Below are positions 1-9,936 of a DNA stretch of 64,000 nucleotides, piece after piece. Source of the stretch: Gemmatimonadota bacterium (GTDB lineage Bacteria > Gemmatimonadota > Gemmatimonadetes > Gemmatimonadales > GWC2-71-9); NCBI GenBank assembly GCA_022563595.1, contig JADFNB010000015.1, positions 10,105 to 74,104 on the forward strand, written 5' to 3'. Numbering within the stretch: position 1 is the first letter of the stretch; each line of letters starts with the position of its first letter. Below the pieces are notes generated by a model, which saw only the letters and a list, made by a program, of their open reading frames with translations, searched no databases and had not been told where the DNA came from. Made by a program: the position numbers and the translations under genes.

Positions 1-1320
1 GAGCGCCTCGAGCGCCGCGACGATGTCCCGCCCTTGCAGTACGGAAAGCGACCGGAGCCGGCCGATCCGCAGGGTGAGTAGCGCGAGCGCCACGAGTTGG
101 CAGGTGAACGCTTTCGTGCTGGCGACGCCAACCTCGGGACCGGCGTGGATGTAGATGCCGGCGCCCGTCTCGCGCGCGATCGTGCTGCCCACCACGTTGA
201 CGATCCCGATGGTTCGAGCCCCGCGTTGTTTCGCTTCCTGGAGCGCGGCCAGCGTATCAGCCGTCTCCCCGCTCTGTGAGATACCGATCACCAACGTCTT
301 GTCGTCGAGGATCGGGTTCCGATAGCGGAATTCCGAAGCGTACTCGACCTCGACCGGCAGCCGGGCAAGTTCTTCCAGCAAGTACTCGCCGATCAGCGCC
401 GCATGCCAGGACGTTCCGCAGGCGGTGATGACGACCCGCTCGATCTCCAGGAGATCGTCGTCGGACATGCGCAGGCCGCCGAGTCGCGCCGTCCCCTGCT
501 CGCGGAGCAACCGCCCGCGCAATGTGTCGCGGATACTGGCCGGTTGCTCCATGATCTCCTTGAGCATGAAGTGCCGGTAACCGCCCCGCTCCACCGTCTG
601 ACGGTCCCACTCGATTGTGGTTACTGGTTTGTCGACTTTCGCAGTTTCGAGGTCGAGTATCTGGTAGCCGTCGGCACGCAGGACGGCCACCTCCCCGTCG
701 TCCAGGTACACGACCGAGCGTGTGTGCTCGAGCAATGCGGCCGCATCCGAGGCGACGAAGTTCTCCCCCTCTCCCACACCGATGAGAATGGGCGAGCCCA
801 TTCGGGCCGCCACGAGCGTGTCCGGATCCCGGTCGGAGACTACGGCGATCCCATAGGTGCCTTCGATCATATGGAGCGCGGAGATGACGGCGTCCTCGAG
901 GAAGTCCGTATAGAGTTCCGAGATCAGGTGGGCCAGGACCTCCGTGTCCGTGTCCGAGCGGAACGTATGCCCGCGCTCGCGCAGTCTCTTCCTGAGCGTG
1001 GCGGCGTTCTCGATGATCCCGTTGTGGACCAGCGCGATCGTACCATCCCCGTCCGTGTGCGGATGGGCGTTGGCCTCGTTGGGAACCCCGTGCGTGGCCC
1101 AGCGAGTGTGGGCGATGGCCAGCGACCCTTTGGGAAGGTTACCGTCGAGACGCGCCTCGAGTGCTGCAATCCGGCCCGCCGCCTTCGCTACCGTGAGCTT
1201 GCCGTCGCTCACGGTGGCCAAACCCGCCGAATCATAGCCGCGATACTCGAGCCGTTTCAGCGCTTCCAGGACGAGCGCCGCCCCGTCCCGGTTTCCGATG
1301 TATCCAACGATCCCGCACAT
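1..1320 (-). CDS. glmS: Glutamine--fructose-6-phosphate transaminase (runs off the left edge, 3' part missing)
   Basis: Reverse strand from ATG 1320 reads MCGIVGYIG...RLEYRGYDSAG...HTRWATHG...HNGIIEN, the class II GATase signature. It is absent from the ORF track because it lacks a stop in the window. It follows the phosphohexomutase gene by 16 nt. Confidence 0.97.
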   Translation of the reverse strand, partial: MCGIVGYIGNRDGAALVLEALKRLEYRGYDSAGLATVSDGKLTVAKAAGRIAALEARLDGNLPKGSLAIAHTRWATHGVPNEANAHPHTDGDGTIALVHNGIIENAATLRKRLRERGHTFRSDTDTEVLAHLISELYTDFLEDAVISALHMIEGTYGIAVVSDRDPDTLVAARMGSPILIGVGEGENFVASDAAALLEHTRSVVYLDDGEVAVLRADGYQILDLETAKVDKPVTTIEWDRQTVERGGYRHFMLKEIMEQPASIRDTLRGRLLREQGTARLGGLRMSDDDLLEIERVVITACGTSWHAALIGEYLLEELARLPVEVEYASEFRYRNPILDDKTLVIGISQSGETADTLAALQEAKQRGARTIGIVNVVGSTIARETGAGIYIHAGPEVGVASTKAFTCQLVALALLTLRIGRLRSLSVLQGRDIVAALEAL

Positions 1321-1336
1321 AGGCCGATCCCCGTGC

Positions 1337-2692
1337 TCAGGCGCTCTCGAGGATTCCGCGAGCCGCCGCAACGAGCCGCTCGGCGGCTTCCGCCGACGGC
1401 GCCTCCGCAATCAACCGGACGATGGGCTCTGTCCCGGACGGACGGACGTGCAGCCATCGGTCCGGCCAGGCCAGCCGGAGCCCGTCCTGGCGGTCTGCCA
1501 CAGCGTCGGAGAACGTCCGGCCCAGCATCTCGTAGAGAGGTTCGAGGTCACCCCGCCGTGGCGCTTTGGCCTTGACGATCGTGTAGGCCGGTCGCCTGGC
1601 CACACGATCGCCGACCGATTCCGCCTCATCCGCCAGCAGTTGGAGGGCCAGCGCCGCCGCCAACGGTGCATCCCGTCCCAAATGTAATGCCGGCAGCATC
1701 ACGCCTCCGTTGCCTTCCCCGCCCACAACAGCACCCGCCTCTCTCATGGCCCGCGCCACGTTGGCTTCGCCGACCGGCGCCCGTCCGATCGCCACCCCAA
1801 ACTCCCGGGCCGCGTCGTCCACCACAAGCGACGTCGAGAGGTTGACCACCACGGGTCCAGTATCGTGGCGGAGCACCGCCTCAACGCCGAACGCCAGCGT
1901 GTAGTCTTCGCCGATCGCGCGCCCATGCTCGTCGACCAGGGCGAGCCGATCAACGTCGGGATCGACCGCGAATCCCACGTCCGCGCCGACCCGACGCACG
2001 AGGTCGCAGAGCTCACCGAGATTGGCGGGCACCGGCTCAGGCGAGCGCGGAAACTGTCCGTCGGTCTCCAGTCCGATAGCCGCTACCTCGCAGCCGAGTG
2101 TCTCCAGCAGGCGGGGCATGATGACGCCCCCCGCCCCGCGCACGCAGTCGAGCGCAACGTTGAATCCGCGGCGCCGGATCGCATCCACATCGATCTGCGG
2201 AAGATCGAGGACCAGCTCGACGTGCCGGTCGACCGCGCCGGCATCCCGGTCGACCGCGCCGATACCTTCCCATCCCAGGCACGGCACGCCTTCCTCCGCC
2301 ATCTGGCGCAGCCGCGCGCCGGTTGCGGCATCGAGAAAGACGCCGTCCGGCCCCACGAACTTGAGCGCGTTCCATTCGATGGGGTTGTGGCTCGCGGTGA
2401 TCACGATGCCCCCACCGGCGTGGTGGTGCTCGACGGCAAGCTGCGCGGTGGGCGTGGGCACAACACCCAGCTCCACTACGCGACACCCGACCGACTGGAG
2501 CCCGGCCTGCACGGCGGCCGCGAACATGGGTCCGGACGTCCGCGTGTCGCGCGCTAGCACTACCGTCGGGTTGCCCTGCTCACGGGCAAGCGTGCCAAAA
2601 GCCGCCGCGTACCGGCCGACGAGGTCGGGTGTCAGATCATCGCCGACGATGCCACGCACGCCGGAAACGCTGATCATGAGGGTATCAGACAT
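1337..2692 (-). CDS. glmM: Phosphoglucosamine mutase / alpha-D-phosphohexomutase
   Basis: Motifs ITASHNP (phospho-Ser), DPDVDR (metal loop), GEGNGG and RPSGTEP; adjacent to glmS. Confidence 0.88.
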   Translation of the reverse strand: MSDTLMISVSGVRGIVGDDLTPDLVGRYAAAFGTLAREQGNPTVVLARDTRTSGPMFAAAVQAGLQSVGCRVVELGVVPTPTAQLAVEHHHAGGGIVITASHNPIEWNALKFVGPDGVFLDAATGARLRQMAEEGVPCLGWEGIGAVDRDAGAVDRHVELVLDLPQIDVDAIRRRGFNVALDCVRGAGGVIMPRLLETLGCEVAAIGLETDGQFPRSPEPVPANLGELCDLVRRVGADVGFAVDPDVDRLALVDEHGRAIGEDYTLAFGVEAVLRHDTGPVVVNLSTSLVVDDAAREFGVAIGRAPVGEANVARAMREAGAVVGGEGNGGVMLPALHLGRDAPLAAALALQLLADEAESVGDRVARRPAYTIVKAKAPRRGDLEPLYEMLGRTFSDAVADRQDGLRLAWPDRWLHVRPSGTEPIVRLIAEAPSAEAAERLVAAARGILESA

Positions 2693-2869
2693 GCGGGCGG
2701 TGGGGCTACGCGATCCGGCCGACGTCGTCGTCCACGACTAAGCACGAAATGCCCGAGTTGCCGTCCATCACTTTAACGTAGCGGCCGGAGAGTGGCCCTT
2801 CAAGCGATCGCTTGCCGCCCCAACGATGTCCGGTGTAGCTTCCGCAATTCAATCGCCGGTGACCCCCTG

Positions 2870-4045
2870 ATGACTCGCGTCTTCGACGAGGACCTCGAAT
2901 TCGGGTTCGGAACCCGCGCCGTGCATGCCGGTCAGCGACCGGACGAGATCAGCGGTGCAATCATGCCGCCGATCTACCAGACGTCCACCTACGTGCAGGA
3001 CGGGCTGGGTCGGCACAAGGGATTCGAGTATGCCCGCACCCGCAACCCGACCCGCGACGCGCTGGAGCGCAACATCGCGGCTCTCGAAGGCGGGCTCCAC
3101 GGCATCGCCTGGGCGTCCGGCCTCGCCGCCACCGACGCAATACTCAAACTGTTGTCGGCGGGTGACCACGTCCTCTGTGGCGAGAACGTCTACGGGGGAA
3201 CGCATCGCCTGATGGTGCAGGTATTCGCCCGGCTGGGACTCGGTTTCTCTTTCGTCGACGCCCGCGACGTCGACCTCGTGGCCGCGGCGGTGACGCCGCA
3301 GACGCGAATGATCTTCATCGAGACGCCAACCAACCCGATGATGCGGCTCGCCGACCTGGCGGCCATCGGCGAGCTGACGCGGACCAAGGACCTCCTGTTC
3401 GTCGTCGACAACACCTTCGCCACCCCGTACATGCAGCGGCCGCTCGAGTACGGCGCCGCCCTGGTCATGCACTCGACCACCAAGTACCTGAACGGCCACA
3501 GCGACATGGTGGGCGGGCTGGTCGTGACGTCGGACGAAGAGCTGGCCGAACGCCTTCATTTCCTCCAAAACGCGGCCGGCGCCATCCCCGGCCCCATGGA
3601 TTGCTGGCTCGCGCTGCGCGGCACGAAGACGCTGGCACTCCGGATGCGGCAGCACGACGCCGCCGGCAGGAAGATCGCGGCCTGGCTGGAACAGCGCCCG
3701 GACATCGAGCGCGTCTACTATCCGGGGCTCGCCAGCCACGAACAGCACGAGCTGGCCTGCCGCCAGATGACGGGGTTCGGAGGCATGATCTCCATCGAGC
3801 TGGGGTCCCTCGAGCGCGCCCGGACAATGGTGGAATCCACCCGGCTCTTCTCGTTCGCCGAGTCGTTGGGTGGGGTGGAGAGCCTGGTCGGCCATCCTGC
3901 CACGATGACCCACGCCACCGTGCCACGCGAGATGCGCGAGGCCATGGGCCTGACCGACGGGCTGGTCCGTCTTTCGGTCGGAATCGAGGAGACGGAGGAC
4001 CTGATCGCCGACCTCGATCAGGCGATCCTGGCGGCGATGCGATGA
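2870..4045 (+). CDS. Cys/Met metabolism PLP enzyme (cystathionine gamma-lyase/synthase family)
   Basis: PIYQTSTY, YARTRNPT, ETPTNP, DNTFATP, PLP-Lys motif HSTTKYLNGHSD, ESLGGVESL and RLSVGIE. Start set to ATG 2870. Confidence 0.93.
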   Translation: MTRVFDEDLEFGFGTRAVHAGQRPDEISGAIMPPIYQTSTYVQDGLGRHKGFEYARTRNPTRDALERNIAALEGGLHGIAWASGLAATDAILKLLSAGDHVLCGENVYGGTHRLMVQVFARLGLGFSFVDARDVDLVAAAVTPQTRMIFIETPTNPMMRLADLAAIGELTRTKDLLFVVDNTFATPYMQRPLEYGAALVMHSTTKYLNGHSDMVGGLVVTSDEELAERLHFLQNAAGAIPGPMDCWLALRGTKTLALRMRQHDAAGRKIAAWLEQRPDIERVYYPGLASHEQHELACRQMTGFGGMISIELGSLERARTMVESTRLFSFAESLGGVESLVGHPATMTHATVPREMREAMGLTDGLVRLSVGIEETEDLIADLDQAILAAMR

Positions 4046-4055
4046 GGTCAGCGAG

Positions 4056-4081
4056 TGAAACTGGGGGCGCGGGTGCGCGTA
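4056..4081 (+). promoter_or_regulatory. Putative SigW-type ECF promoter upstream of the M48 peptidase
   Basis: TGAAAC (4056-4061), 16 nt, CGTA (4078-4081). It is intergenic, 46 nt before ATG 4128, and has the same elements and spacing as the site at 17502. Confidence 0.7.
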
Positions 4082-4127
4082 CGGTTGGAAGAGAAACCGT
4101 AGCACCATCCCGTCTTTGGAGGACGTC

Positions 4128-5135
4128 ATGAGCGAAGCCGGTACGCCGTCGGAGCGGCCGCGTGTAGTCTTCTCCGAGATCGCTTCGGACGCGTGGGAAC
4201 ACCCTGCGGACAAGGCGGCGTTGAACGCCCTGCGCAGGGTTCCCGGCTTCGACGAAGCCGTAAAGCGCATCTTCGGATTCTTCGGCGAACGCGGAATCCG
4301 CCTGATGTTCCTGGGCGATGCCGTCAAGTGCGGGCCCAAGCAGTTCCCCATATTGCACGGCCTGCTGACCGAGGCGTGCGTCACGATGAACTGGGAAGAC
4401 CAGCCCGAGCTGTACGTGACGCAGACGCCCATGGTGAATGCGGGCGCGGTGGGCTTCGAGCATCCATTCATCGTGCTCAACTCGGGAGCCGTGAGCCTGC
4501 TCGAGGAGGACGAACTCCGGGTCCTGATCGGGCACGAGCTGGGGCATGTGATGAGCGGGCACGCGCTCTACCGCACGATCACGATCCTGGTACTCGCGCT
4601 CGGATTCCAGAATCTCCCGTTCCTGGCGGGCATTGCGCTGATGCCGATCAAGCTGGCACTGCTGGAGTGGTACCGCAAAGCCGAGCTCTCGGCCGACCGG
4701 GCCGGCCTGCTCGTGAGCCAGGACAAAGAGGCCTCGCTGCGCATCTTCCTGAAGCTCGCCGGCGGTGGGAGCATGGATCAGATGAATCTCGAGGCGTTCA
4801 TGGAGCAGGCGCGGGAGTACGAGGAGAGCGGCGGCCCGCTGGACGCTATCTACAAGATCCTCAACACGTTGAGTGCCACGCACCCGTTCAACACGCTGCG
4901 GGCGGGTGTACTGGACAGGTGGGTGAGCGAAGGCGTATACGAGAAGATCCTTGGCGGCGAGTATCAGCGCCGCGGGCTCGAACAGGACGAGCGGTACTCC
5001 TACATGGACGACATCAAGGAGGCCGCCAGCCATTACAGCAAAGAGGCCCGCGACCTCGCGGGCCAGGTGGCGGACGCCGCCAAGCGGGCGGCAGACGCCT
5101 TCACCAGCGCATTCAAGGACCGGCACGAGGAGTGA
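4128..5135 (+). CDS. M48 family (HtpX-like) zinc metallopeptidase
   Basis: HELGH zinc motif, ELSAD, THP and VNA motif; GGAGG RBS before ATG 4128. Confidence 0.9.
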   Translation: MSEAGTPSERPRVVFSEIASDAWEHPADKAALNALRRVPGFDEAVKRIFGFFGERGIRLMFLGDAVKCGPKQFPILHGLLTEACVTMNWEDQPELYVTQTPMVNAGAVGFEHPFIVLNSGAVSLLEEDELRVLIGHELGHVMSGHALYRTITILVLALGFQNLPFLAGIALMPIKLALLEWYRKAELSADRAGLLVSQDKEASLRIFLKLAGGGSMDQMNLEAFMEQAREYEESGGPLDAIYKILNTLSATHPFNTLRAGVLDRWVSEGVYEKILGGEYQRRGLEQDERYSYMDDIKEAASHYSKEARDLAGQVADAAKRAADAFTSAFKDRHEE

Positions 5136-6409
5136 ACGTCCTCGTTGTCGGGGGCGGGGGCCGCGAGCATGCGCTCTGCTGGACCTTCGCGCGCGCGGCC
5201 CACGTCTACTGCGCCCCCGGCAACGCCGGCACCGCGGAGATCGCCACCAACCTGGCAATCCCGGTCACCGATCACGACGGGCTGCTCGACGCGGTTCGCA
5301 CCCATGACATCGACCTGACGGTTGTCGGGCCCGAGGCACCGCTGGCGGCGGGCCTGGCCGACCGGTTGCGGGCCGCCGGGAGATACGTGTTCGGTCCCTC
5401 CTCGGCCGCGGCGCGCATCGAGGCGTCGAAGGCCTTCGCCAAACGGCTCATGAGAGACGCCGGCGTGCCAACCGCCGCCGCCGAGACCTTCACGGATGCC
5501 GATCGCGCCGCCGCCTACATCGCCGCCCACGCCGAGCCGCTCGTCGTCAAGGCATCGGGGCTCACGGCGGGGAAAGGTGCGATCGTGTGCGGCACCCGGA
5601 GCGAGGCGGTCGATGCCGCGCGCGCGATGTTCGGTGGCAGGTTTGGCGCAGCGGGCACCGAGGTGGTCGTCGAGCAGTTCCTGGATGGCGAGGAGCTGTC
5701 GGTGCTCGCCCTCACCGACGGGGAGCGCGTGATGATTCTCCCTCCGTCCCAGGACCACAAGCGGATCGGTGAGGGCGATACGGGCCCGAACACCGGGGGC
5801 ATGGGCGCCTACACGCCCGTCTCCATCGCAACACCGTCCCTGATCGCGCGCGTCGAGCGCGAGATCCTGCTCCCCACCCTCCGGGCGCTCGCCGATCAGG
5901 GTTGCCGCTATCGCGGGGTTCTCTACGCCGGTCTCATGATCTCTCCCTGCGGCGACCCTCTGGTCATCGAGTTCAACTGCCGGTTCGGCGACCCGGAAAC
6001 CCAGGTGATCCTGCCGGTGGCCGGCTGCGAGTTGCTCGACGAGCTGTGGCGCATAGCCGCGGATGACGGCTGGATCCCGGATCTCGTATCCGTCCCGGCG
6101 AACCGGGCTGCGGTGACGACCGTGCTGGCGGCCGCCGGATATCCCGACGCCCCTCAGAGGGGTCAGGCAATCACCATCGCCGATCGGCTCCCGGCCGACA
6201 CCGTGCTGTTCCACGCCGGGACGCGGCGAGATTCGGACGGCACGCTGCGCTCGGTGGGTGGGCGCGTGCTCTGCGCTACGGGGTTCGGGCCCGACGTGAG
6301 CACGGCCGCGGCTGCCAGCCGTCTCCTGGCGGAGCAGGTGACGTTCGACGGGAAACAGTATCGGCGCGACATCGGCTGGCGGGAGATCGCCCGTGCCCGA
6401 GCTTCCTGA
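5132..6409 (+). CDS. purD: Phosphoribosylamine--glycine ligase
   Basis: GTG start overlaps the upstream stop. [45 protein letters not shown] and [10 protein letters not shown]. Confidence 0.97.
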   Translation: MNVLVVGGGGREHALCWTFARAAHVYCAPGNAGTAEIATNLAIPVTDHDGLLDAVRTHDIDLTVVGPEAPLAAGLADRLRAAGRYVFGPSSAAARIEASKAFAKRLMRDAGVPTAAAETFTDADRAAAYIAAHAEPLVVKASGLTAGKGAIVCGTRSEAVDAARAMFGGRFGAAGTEVVVEQFLDGEELSVLALTDGERVMILPPSQDHKRIGEGDTGPNTGGMGAYTPVSIATPSLIARVEREILLPTLRALADQGCRYRGVLYAGLMISPCGDPLVIEFNCRFGDPETQVILPVAGCELLDELWRIAADDGWIPDLVSVPANRAAVTTVLAAAGYPDAPQRGQAITIADRLPADTVLFHAGTRRDSDGTLRSVGGRVLCATGFGPDVSTAAAASRLLAEQVTFDGKQYRRDIGWREIARARAS

Positions 6410-7244
6410 AGTCGAGACGATCGTCCGAGATCTCGGTCCGCGCCTCACCGGCCGCACCCTCCACACACTCCGCCTGTTCAAGCCCGACGTCCTCCGCGAC
6501 GTGACCAAGGCGCGCTTCCTGCGCGTGCTGCGGGGCAACATGATCGCCGGCGTATCACGGCGGGCCAAGCATATCGTGCTTCTCCTCACGACGGGTCATC
6601 GGCTGGTGATCCAGCCGCGCATGACGGGCTCGCTCATCGTCTACGACCGTGCTCTCACACCGGATGACAAACGGCACGTCGTGCTCCAGGTGGGGATCGG
6701 CGGGGGCGCATCACTCGTCTACCGGGACGTGCGCCGGTTGGGAACGATGCACCTCTTGGATGAATCGGCTTGGACCTCCTATACTGGGCGCATCGGCCCG
6801 GAGCCCCTCGACGATGCGTTCGATCTCGCGGCGTTCCGCACCTCCCTACGTGGCAGCCGGCAGGCAATCAAGAAGGTGCTCATGGATCAGCGCAGGCTTG
6901 CGGGAGTGGGCAACATCTACGCGAACGAGGCGCTCTTCCGGGCACGGATCGATCCGTCACGTGGTGCCGATCAGATAGACCGGGCCGCCGCCAAACGACT
7001 TTACCGGGCCGTCCGCGACGTCCTGACCGCCGCGATCGACGCCCGTGGAACGACGGTGCGCGACTACCGGACCGGCACCGGCGGTCGCGGCAGTTTTCAG
7101 TTCGAGCTGCGCGTCTACGGCCGCGGCGGTGAGGGTTGCGTCCGCTGCGACACGCGACTCATCACGACTCATGCGATCGATGGGCGGGCAACCACGTTCT
7201 GCTGGCGCTGTCAGGCAAGCCGTCGCCCGCAAGACGCGCCATGA
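6393..7244 (+). CDS. mutM: Formamidopyrimidine-DNA glycosylase / AP lyase
   Basis: N-terminal MPELPEVE, H2TH motif LMDQ..LAGVGNIYANE and C-terminal zinc finger CVRC...CWRCQ. Confidence 0.97.
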   Translation: MPELPEVETIVRDLGPRLTGRTLHTLRLFKPDVLRDVTKARFLRVLRGNMIAGVSRRAKHIVLLLTTGHRLVIQPRMTGSLIVYDRALTPDDKRHVVLQVGIGGGASLVYRDVRRLGTMHLLDESAWTSYTGRIGPEPLDDAFDLAAFRTSLRGSRQAIKKVLMDQRRLAGVGNIYANEALFRARIDPSRGADQIDRAAAKRLYRAVRDVLTAAIDARGTTVRDYRTGTGGRGSFQFELRVYGRGGEGCVRCDTRLITTHAIDGRATTFCWRCQASRRPQDAP

Positions 7245-7456
7245 AGATCGCCGTGTGTTCGACAGCCCAGACGCTACGTGGGGACACGACAATTTGGTCG
7301 ACGAAACCATGGGTCGTCGTGCCGAATCGTAGGCGACGGCGCAGGCGAATGCGCGAGCTGCTCGCTGAGATGGGCCCGAACGCTAAGGGTGTGATCGTTT
7401 ACCAGAAGTTCCTCGCCCTGCACCACTACGTGCGCAGCCTGCGGGGGTGGGAGTGA
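7241..7456 (+). CDS. Small hypothetical protein (71 aa), possibly a frameshifted remnant
   Basis: ATGA overlap with the mutM stop and GTGA overlap with the next start, so it is coupled on both sides. No family recognised. Confidence 0.45.
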   Translation: MKIAVCSTAQTLRGDTTIWSTKPWVVVPNRRRRRRRMRELLAEMGPNAKGVIVYQKFLALHHYVRSLRGWE

Positions 7457-8550
7457 GCGGGCTGGCGCTGCCGTTCGTCGATACGGAGCGTTTGAAGCGC
7501 CGCATCACCGCGCTCACCGAGAACCGGCCGGGCGTCTATCGGATGCTCGACCACACGGGACGGGTGCTCTACGTGGGTAAAGCCAAGCAGCTCCGCACCC
7601 GTCTTCTGTCGTACTTCCGCGCGCGCTATCCGGATGACAAGCAGGCGCGCATTCTCAATGCCGCGCACGACATCGCCTGGGACTACGCAGCGTCCGAGTT
7701 CGGTGCCTTGATCGCGGAGCTGCGGCAGATCAAGCGATACAGACCGCCGTACAACGTCCGGATGAACCGGTCCAGGGGATTGGCATTCGTGAAGGTCTCC
7801 GGTGGCGCGGCGCCAAAGATCTACGTAGGGTCCTCGCCGGCACCATCGGATGTGCGTCATTACGGTCCGTTTCGTTCCGTGGCGCGCCTCGAGGAGGCCG
7901 TCCGAGTGCTGAACCTCCAGCTCGGTCTGCGCGACTGCGCGCTCGACAGGCCGATCACCTATTCCGAGCAGGGCGATCTCTTCACGGCGGGTCGGCGCGC
8001 GGGATGCCTGCGCTACGAGTTGGGAACGTGCACCGGGCCCTGCAGCGGGTTCGTGACCGAGGCCGCCTACCGCGGGCAGGTCGACACCGCGGTGGCTTTC
8101 CTGGAGGGCCGTGGCGTGGCACCCATCGACACCGTAGTAGCCGAGATGACCCGTGCGAGCGCCGCCGCCCATTATGAGTTCGCGGTGAAATGGCGGGACC
8201 GGTTCGATGCGCTCGAGTGGCTCTTCGCCGCCGGGAACCAGGCGCGCGCGGCGATCGACGCGTTGAGCTTCGTGTACCTCGATCCGGGAGTGTACGGAGA
8301 CGATCGGGCATTCTTGATCAAGCGGGCAACCGTGCGCGCCACGGCTCCCGCTCCGCACACGCCTATAGAGATGCAAGCTTTCCGCGCGCTCGTAGCCGAG
8401 CACGCGGGTCCGGAGCCGACCGTAGGACCGATCCCGCCGGCCGCGCTCGACGAGACCGTGCTGTTGTTGAGTTGGTTCCGCCGGCACCCGGCGGCACTAC
8501 ACCGTGCGGTCCCACTCGAAGAGTGGCTCGACCGCCATCCGGCCGCCTGA
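7453..8550 (+). CDS. UvrC N-terminal-like (Cho-type) GIY-YIG nuclease with UVR domain
   Basis: PGVYRM...LYVGKAKQLRTRLLSYF, Cys cluster LRDC...CLRYELGTCTGPC and UVR motif M..AS....YEFA...RD. Too short to include the UvrC RNase H and HhH domains. Confidence 0.88.
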   Translation: MSGLALPFVDTERLKRRITALTENRPGVYRMLDHTGRVLYVGKAKQLRTRLLSYFRARYPDDKQARILNAAHDIAWDYAASEFGALIAELRQIKRYRPPYNVRMNRSRGLAFVKVSGGAAPKIYVGSSPAPSDVRHYGPFRSVARLEEAVRVLNLQLGLRDCALDRPITYSEQGDLFTAGRRAGCLRYELGTCTGPCSGFVTEAAYRGQVDTAVAFLEGRGVAPIDTVVAEMTRASAAAHYEFAVKWRDRFDALEWLFAAGNQARAAIDALSFVYLDPGVYGDDRAFLIKRATVRATAPAPHTPIEMQAFRALVAEHAGPEPTVGPIPPAALDETVLLLSWFRRHPAALHRAVPLEEWLDRHPAA

Positions 8551-8557
8551 TCGCGCG

Positions 8558-9532
8558 ATGTTCCTCCCGTCATTTCAGATCCTCGTCGGCCTCCTACTGC
8601 TCACCGTGGGCGGTCACTACCTCGTCGAGGGCGCGACCCGTATCGCGTTGCGCGCGCGACTCTCGCCCATGGTCGTCGGCCTCACCATCGTGGCGCTAGG
8701 CACGAGCATGCCGGAGCTGGCCGTGAGCCTCGGCGCCGCGTTCCGCGGGTCGACCGATATCTCGTACGCCAACGTTGTCGGGTCGAACATCTTCAACGTG
8801 GCCGCGGTGCTCGGCATCACCGCACTCATCTGGCCGATTCCGGTCAAGGGGCAGACTATTCGCGCAGAGTATCCGTTCATGGTACTGGCGCTGTTTGCGA
8901 CGCTGGTCATCTCACGGGACGGTACGGTGGACCGGCTCGACGGCGTGTTGCTGCTCGCCGGCCTCGCCGGGTTCTTCGTCTTCATGCTGCGGCTCTCACG
9001 CGGCCGGCCACCGGACCAGGAAACGGTGGAGCTACAGCGGGACTTCGCGGATATGGCGGACGCGACCGGGGGCTCGAGCCGCGCGTTGTTCGCCAGCATC
9101 GCGATGGTAGGAATCGGGATTGCCGCCCTGGTGGGTGGCGCTGATCTCATGGTGCGGGGCGCGGTGAGCGTGGCCGAGCGGTTCGGGATCACCGAACGCG
9201 TGATCGGGCTCACCATCGTTGCCGGCAGCACCAGCCTGCCGGAGTTGGCTGCAACGCTGGCCGCCGCTTCCAAGGGTCGCCCCGGCATCGCGCTCGGCAA
9301 CGTGATCGGATCGAACATCTTCAATGTCCTGTGCATACTGGGTACCACGAGCCTGCTCGTGGAGATTCCCGTCAATCCCAGAGCAATCGCGCTCGACAAC
9401 TGGGTCATGGTGGGTGTTGCGTTGGCCCTGTTCGTATTCCTGGCCAGAGGGCAGCGGGTCACGCGCTGGGAGGCGGCGTTGTTGCTTGCGAGCTTTGTGG
9501 CGTACATGGGGTATGTGGTCACAGCGGGGTGA
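8558..9532 (+). CDS. Calcium/sodium antiporter (CaCA, YrbG-like)
   Basis: Two alpha repeats, GTSMPE...NVVGSNIFN and STSLPE...NVIGSNIFN; about 10 TM segments. Confidence 0.93.
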   Translation: MFLPSFQILVGLLLLTVGGHYLVEGATRIALRARLSPMVVGLTIVALGTSMPELAVSLGAAFRGSTDISYANVVGSNIFNVAAVLGITALIWPIPVKGQTIRAEYPFMVLALFATLVISRDGTVDRLDGVLLLAGLAGFFVFMLRLSRGRPPDQETVELQRDFADMADATGGSSRALFASIAMVGIGIAALVGGADLMVRGAVSVAERFGITERVIGLTIVAGSTSLPELAATLAAASKGRPGIALGNVIGSNIFNVLCILGTTSLLVEIPVNPRAIALDNWVMVGVALALFVFLARGQRVTRWEAALLLASFVAYMGYVVTAG

Positions 9533-9638
9533 AGTACGGCCGGTTCCCGTGATCCCGGCGGCACCTTGCGACTAAGAGTCGCGGCGACTTTAGCCGCGAT
9601 CCCACGCTCGCGCGGGACGCGTTTACAAGTAGCTAAGT

Positions 9639-9658
9639 CTAGTCTGACTAGTTATACT
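9639..9658 (+). promoter_or_regulatory. Putative TA operator palindrome and -10 box
   Basis: CTAGTC-T-GACTAG (9639-9651), then TATACT (9653-9658), 5 nt before the antitoxin ATG, in an AT-rich patch. Confidence 0.6.
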
Positions 9659-9663
9659 CAGCC

Positions 9664-9936
9664 ATGGTCCGTATCTACTCCACGTACGAAGCGAAGGCGC
9701 GATTCTCCGAGATCCTCAGACAGGTACGCGAGGGGAAGACCATTACCGTCTCCTACCACGGCGAACCGGTGGCTGAGATCCGGCCGCTGCGCGGAGGCGC
9801 GAGTCTGGATCAGCGGCTCGACCGGCTCGCGGCGCGCGGCGTGCTCGTGCGCGCCTCCGCGCGGGAAAGTGATCTGAAGATGGTCGCGCGTCGGCGCGGA
9901 GCGCTGGAACGATTTCTCGCCGAGCGCAAGGAGTGA
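9664..9936 (+). CDS. Type II antitoxin, Phd/YefM family
   Basis: STYEAKARFSEILRQVREGKTITVSYHGEPVAEI matches the Phd/YefM fold pattern; it overlaps the toxin start. Confidence 0.9.
   Translation: MVRIYSTYEAKARFSEILRQVREGKTITVSYHGEPVAEIRPLRGGASLDQRLDRLAARGVLVRASARESDLKMVARRRGALERFLAERKE

Noticed and set aside
1321..1336. glmS ribozyme
   Set aside because: Only 16 nt separate glmM and glmS, so there is no room.
2693..2869. SAM riboswitch or T-box ahead of the Cys/Met enzyme
   Set aside because: No recognisable conserved core or terminator; looks like a plain divergent promoter region.
2849..6589. Long antisense or alternate-frame ORFs (543, 597 and 518 aa, and the 738-aa extension of purD), and many similar ones across the window
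   Set aside because: Shadow ORFs of high-GC codon bias; they overlap genes with clear motifs and are Arg/Pro/Gly-rich without family signatures.
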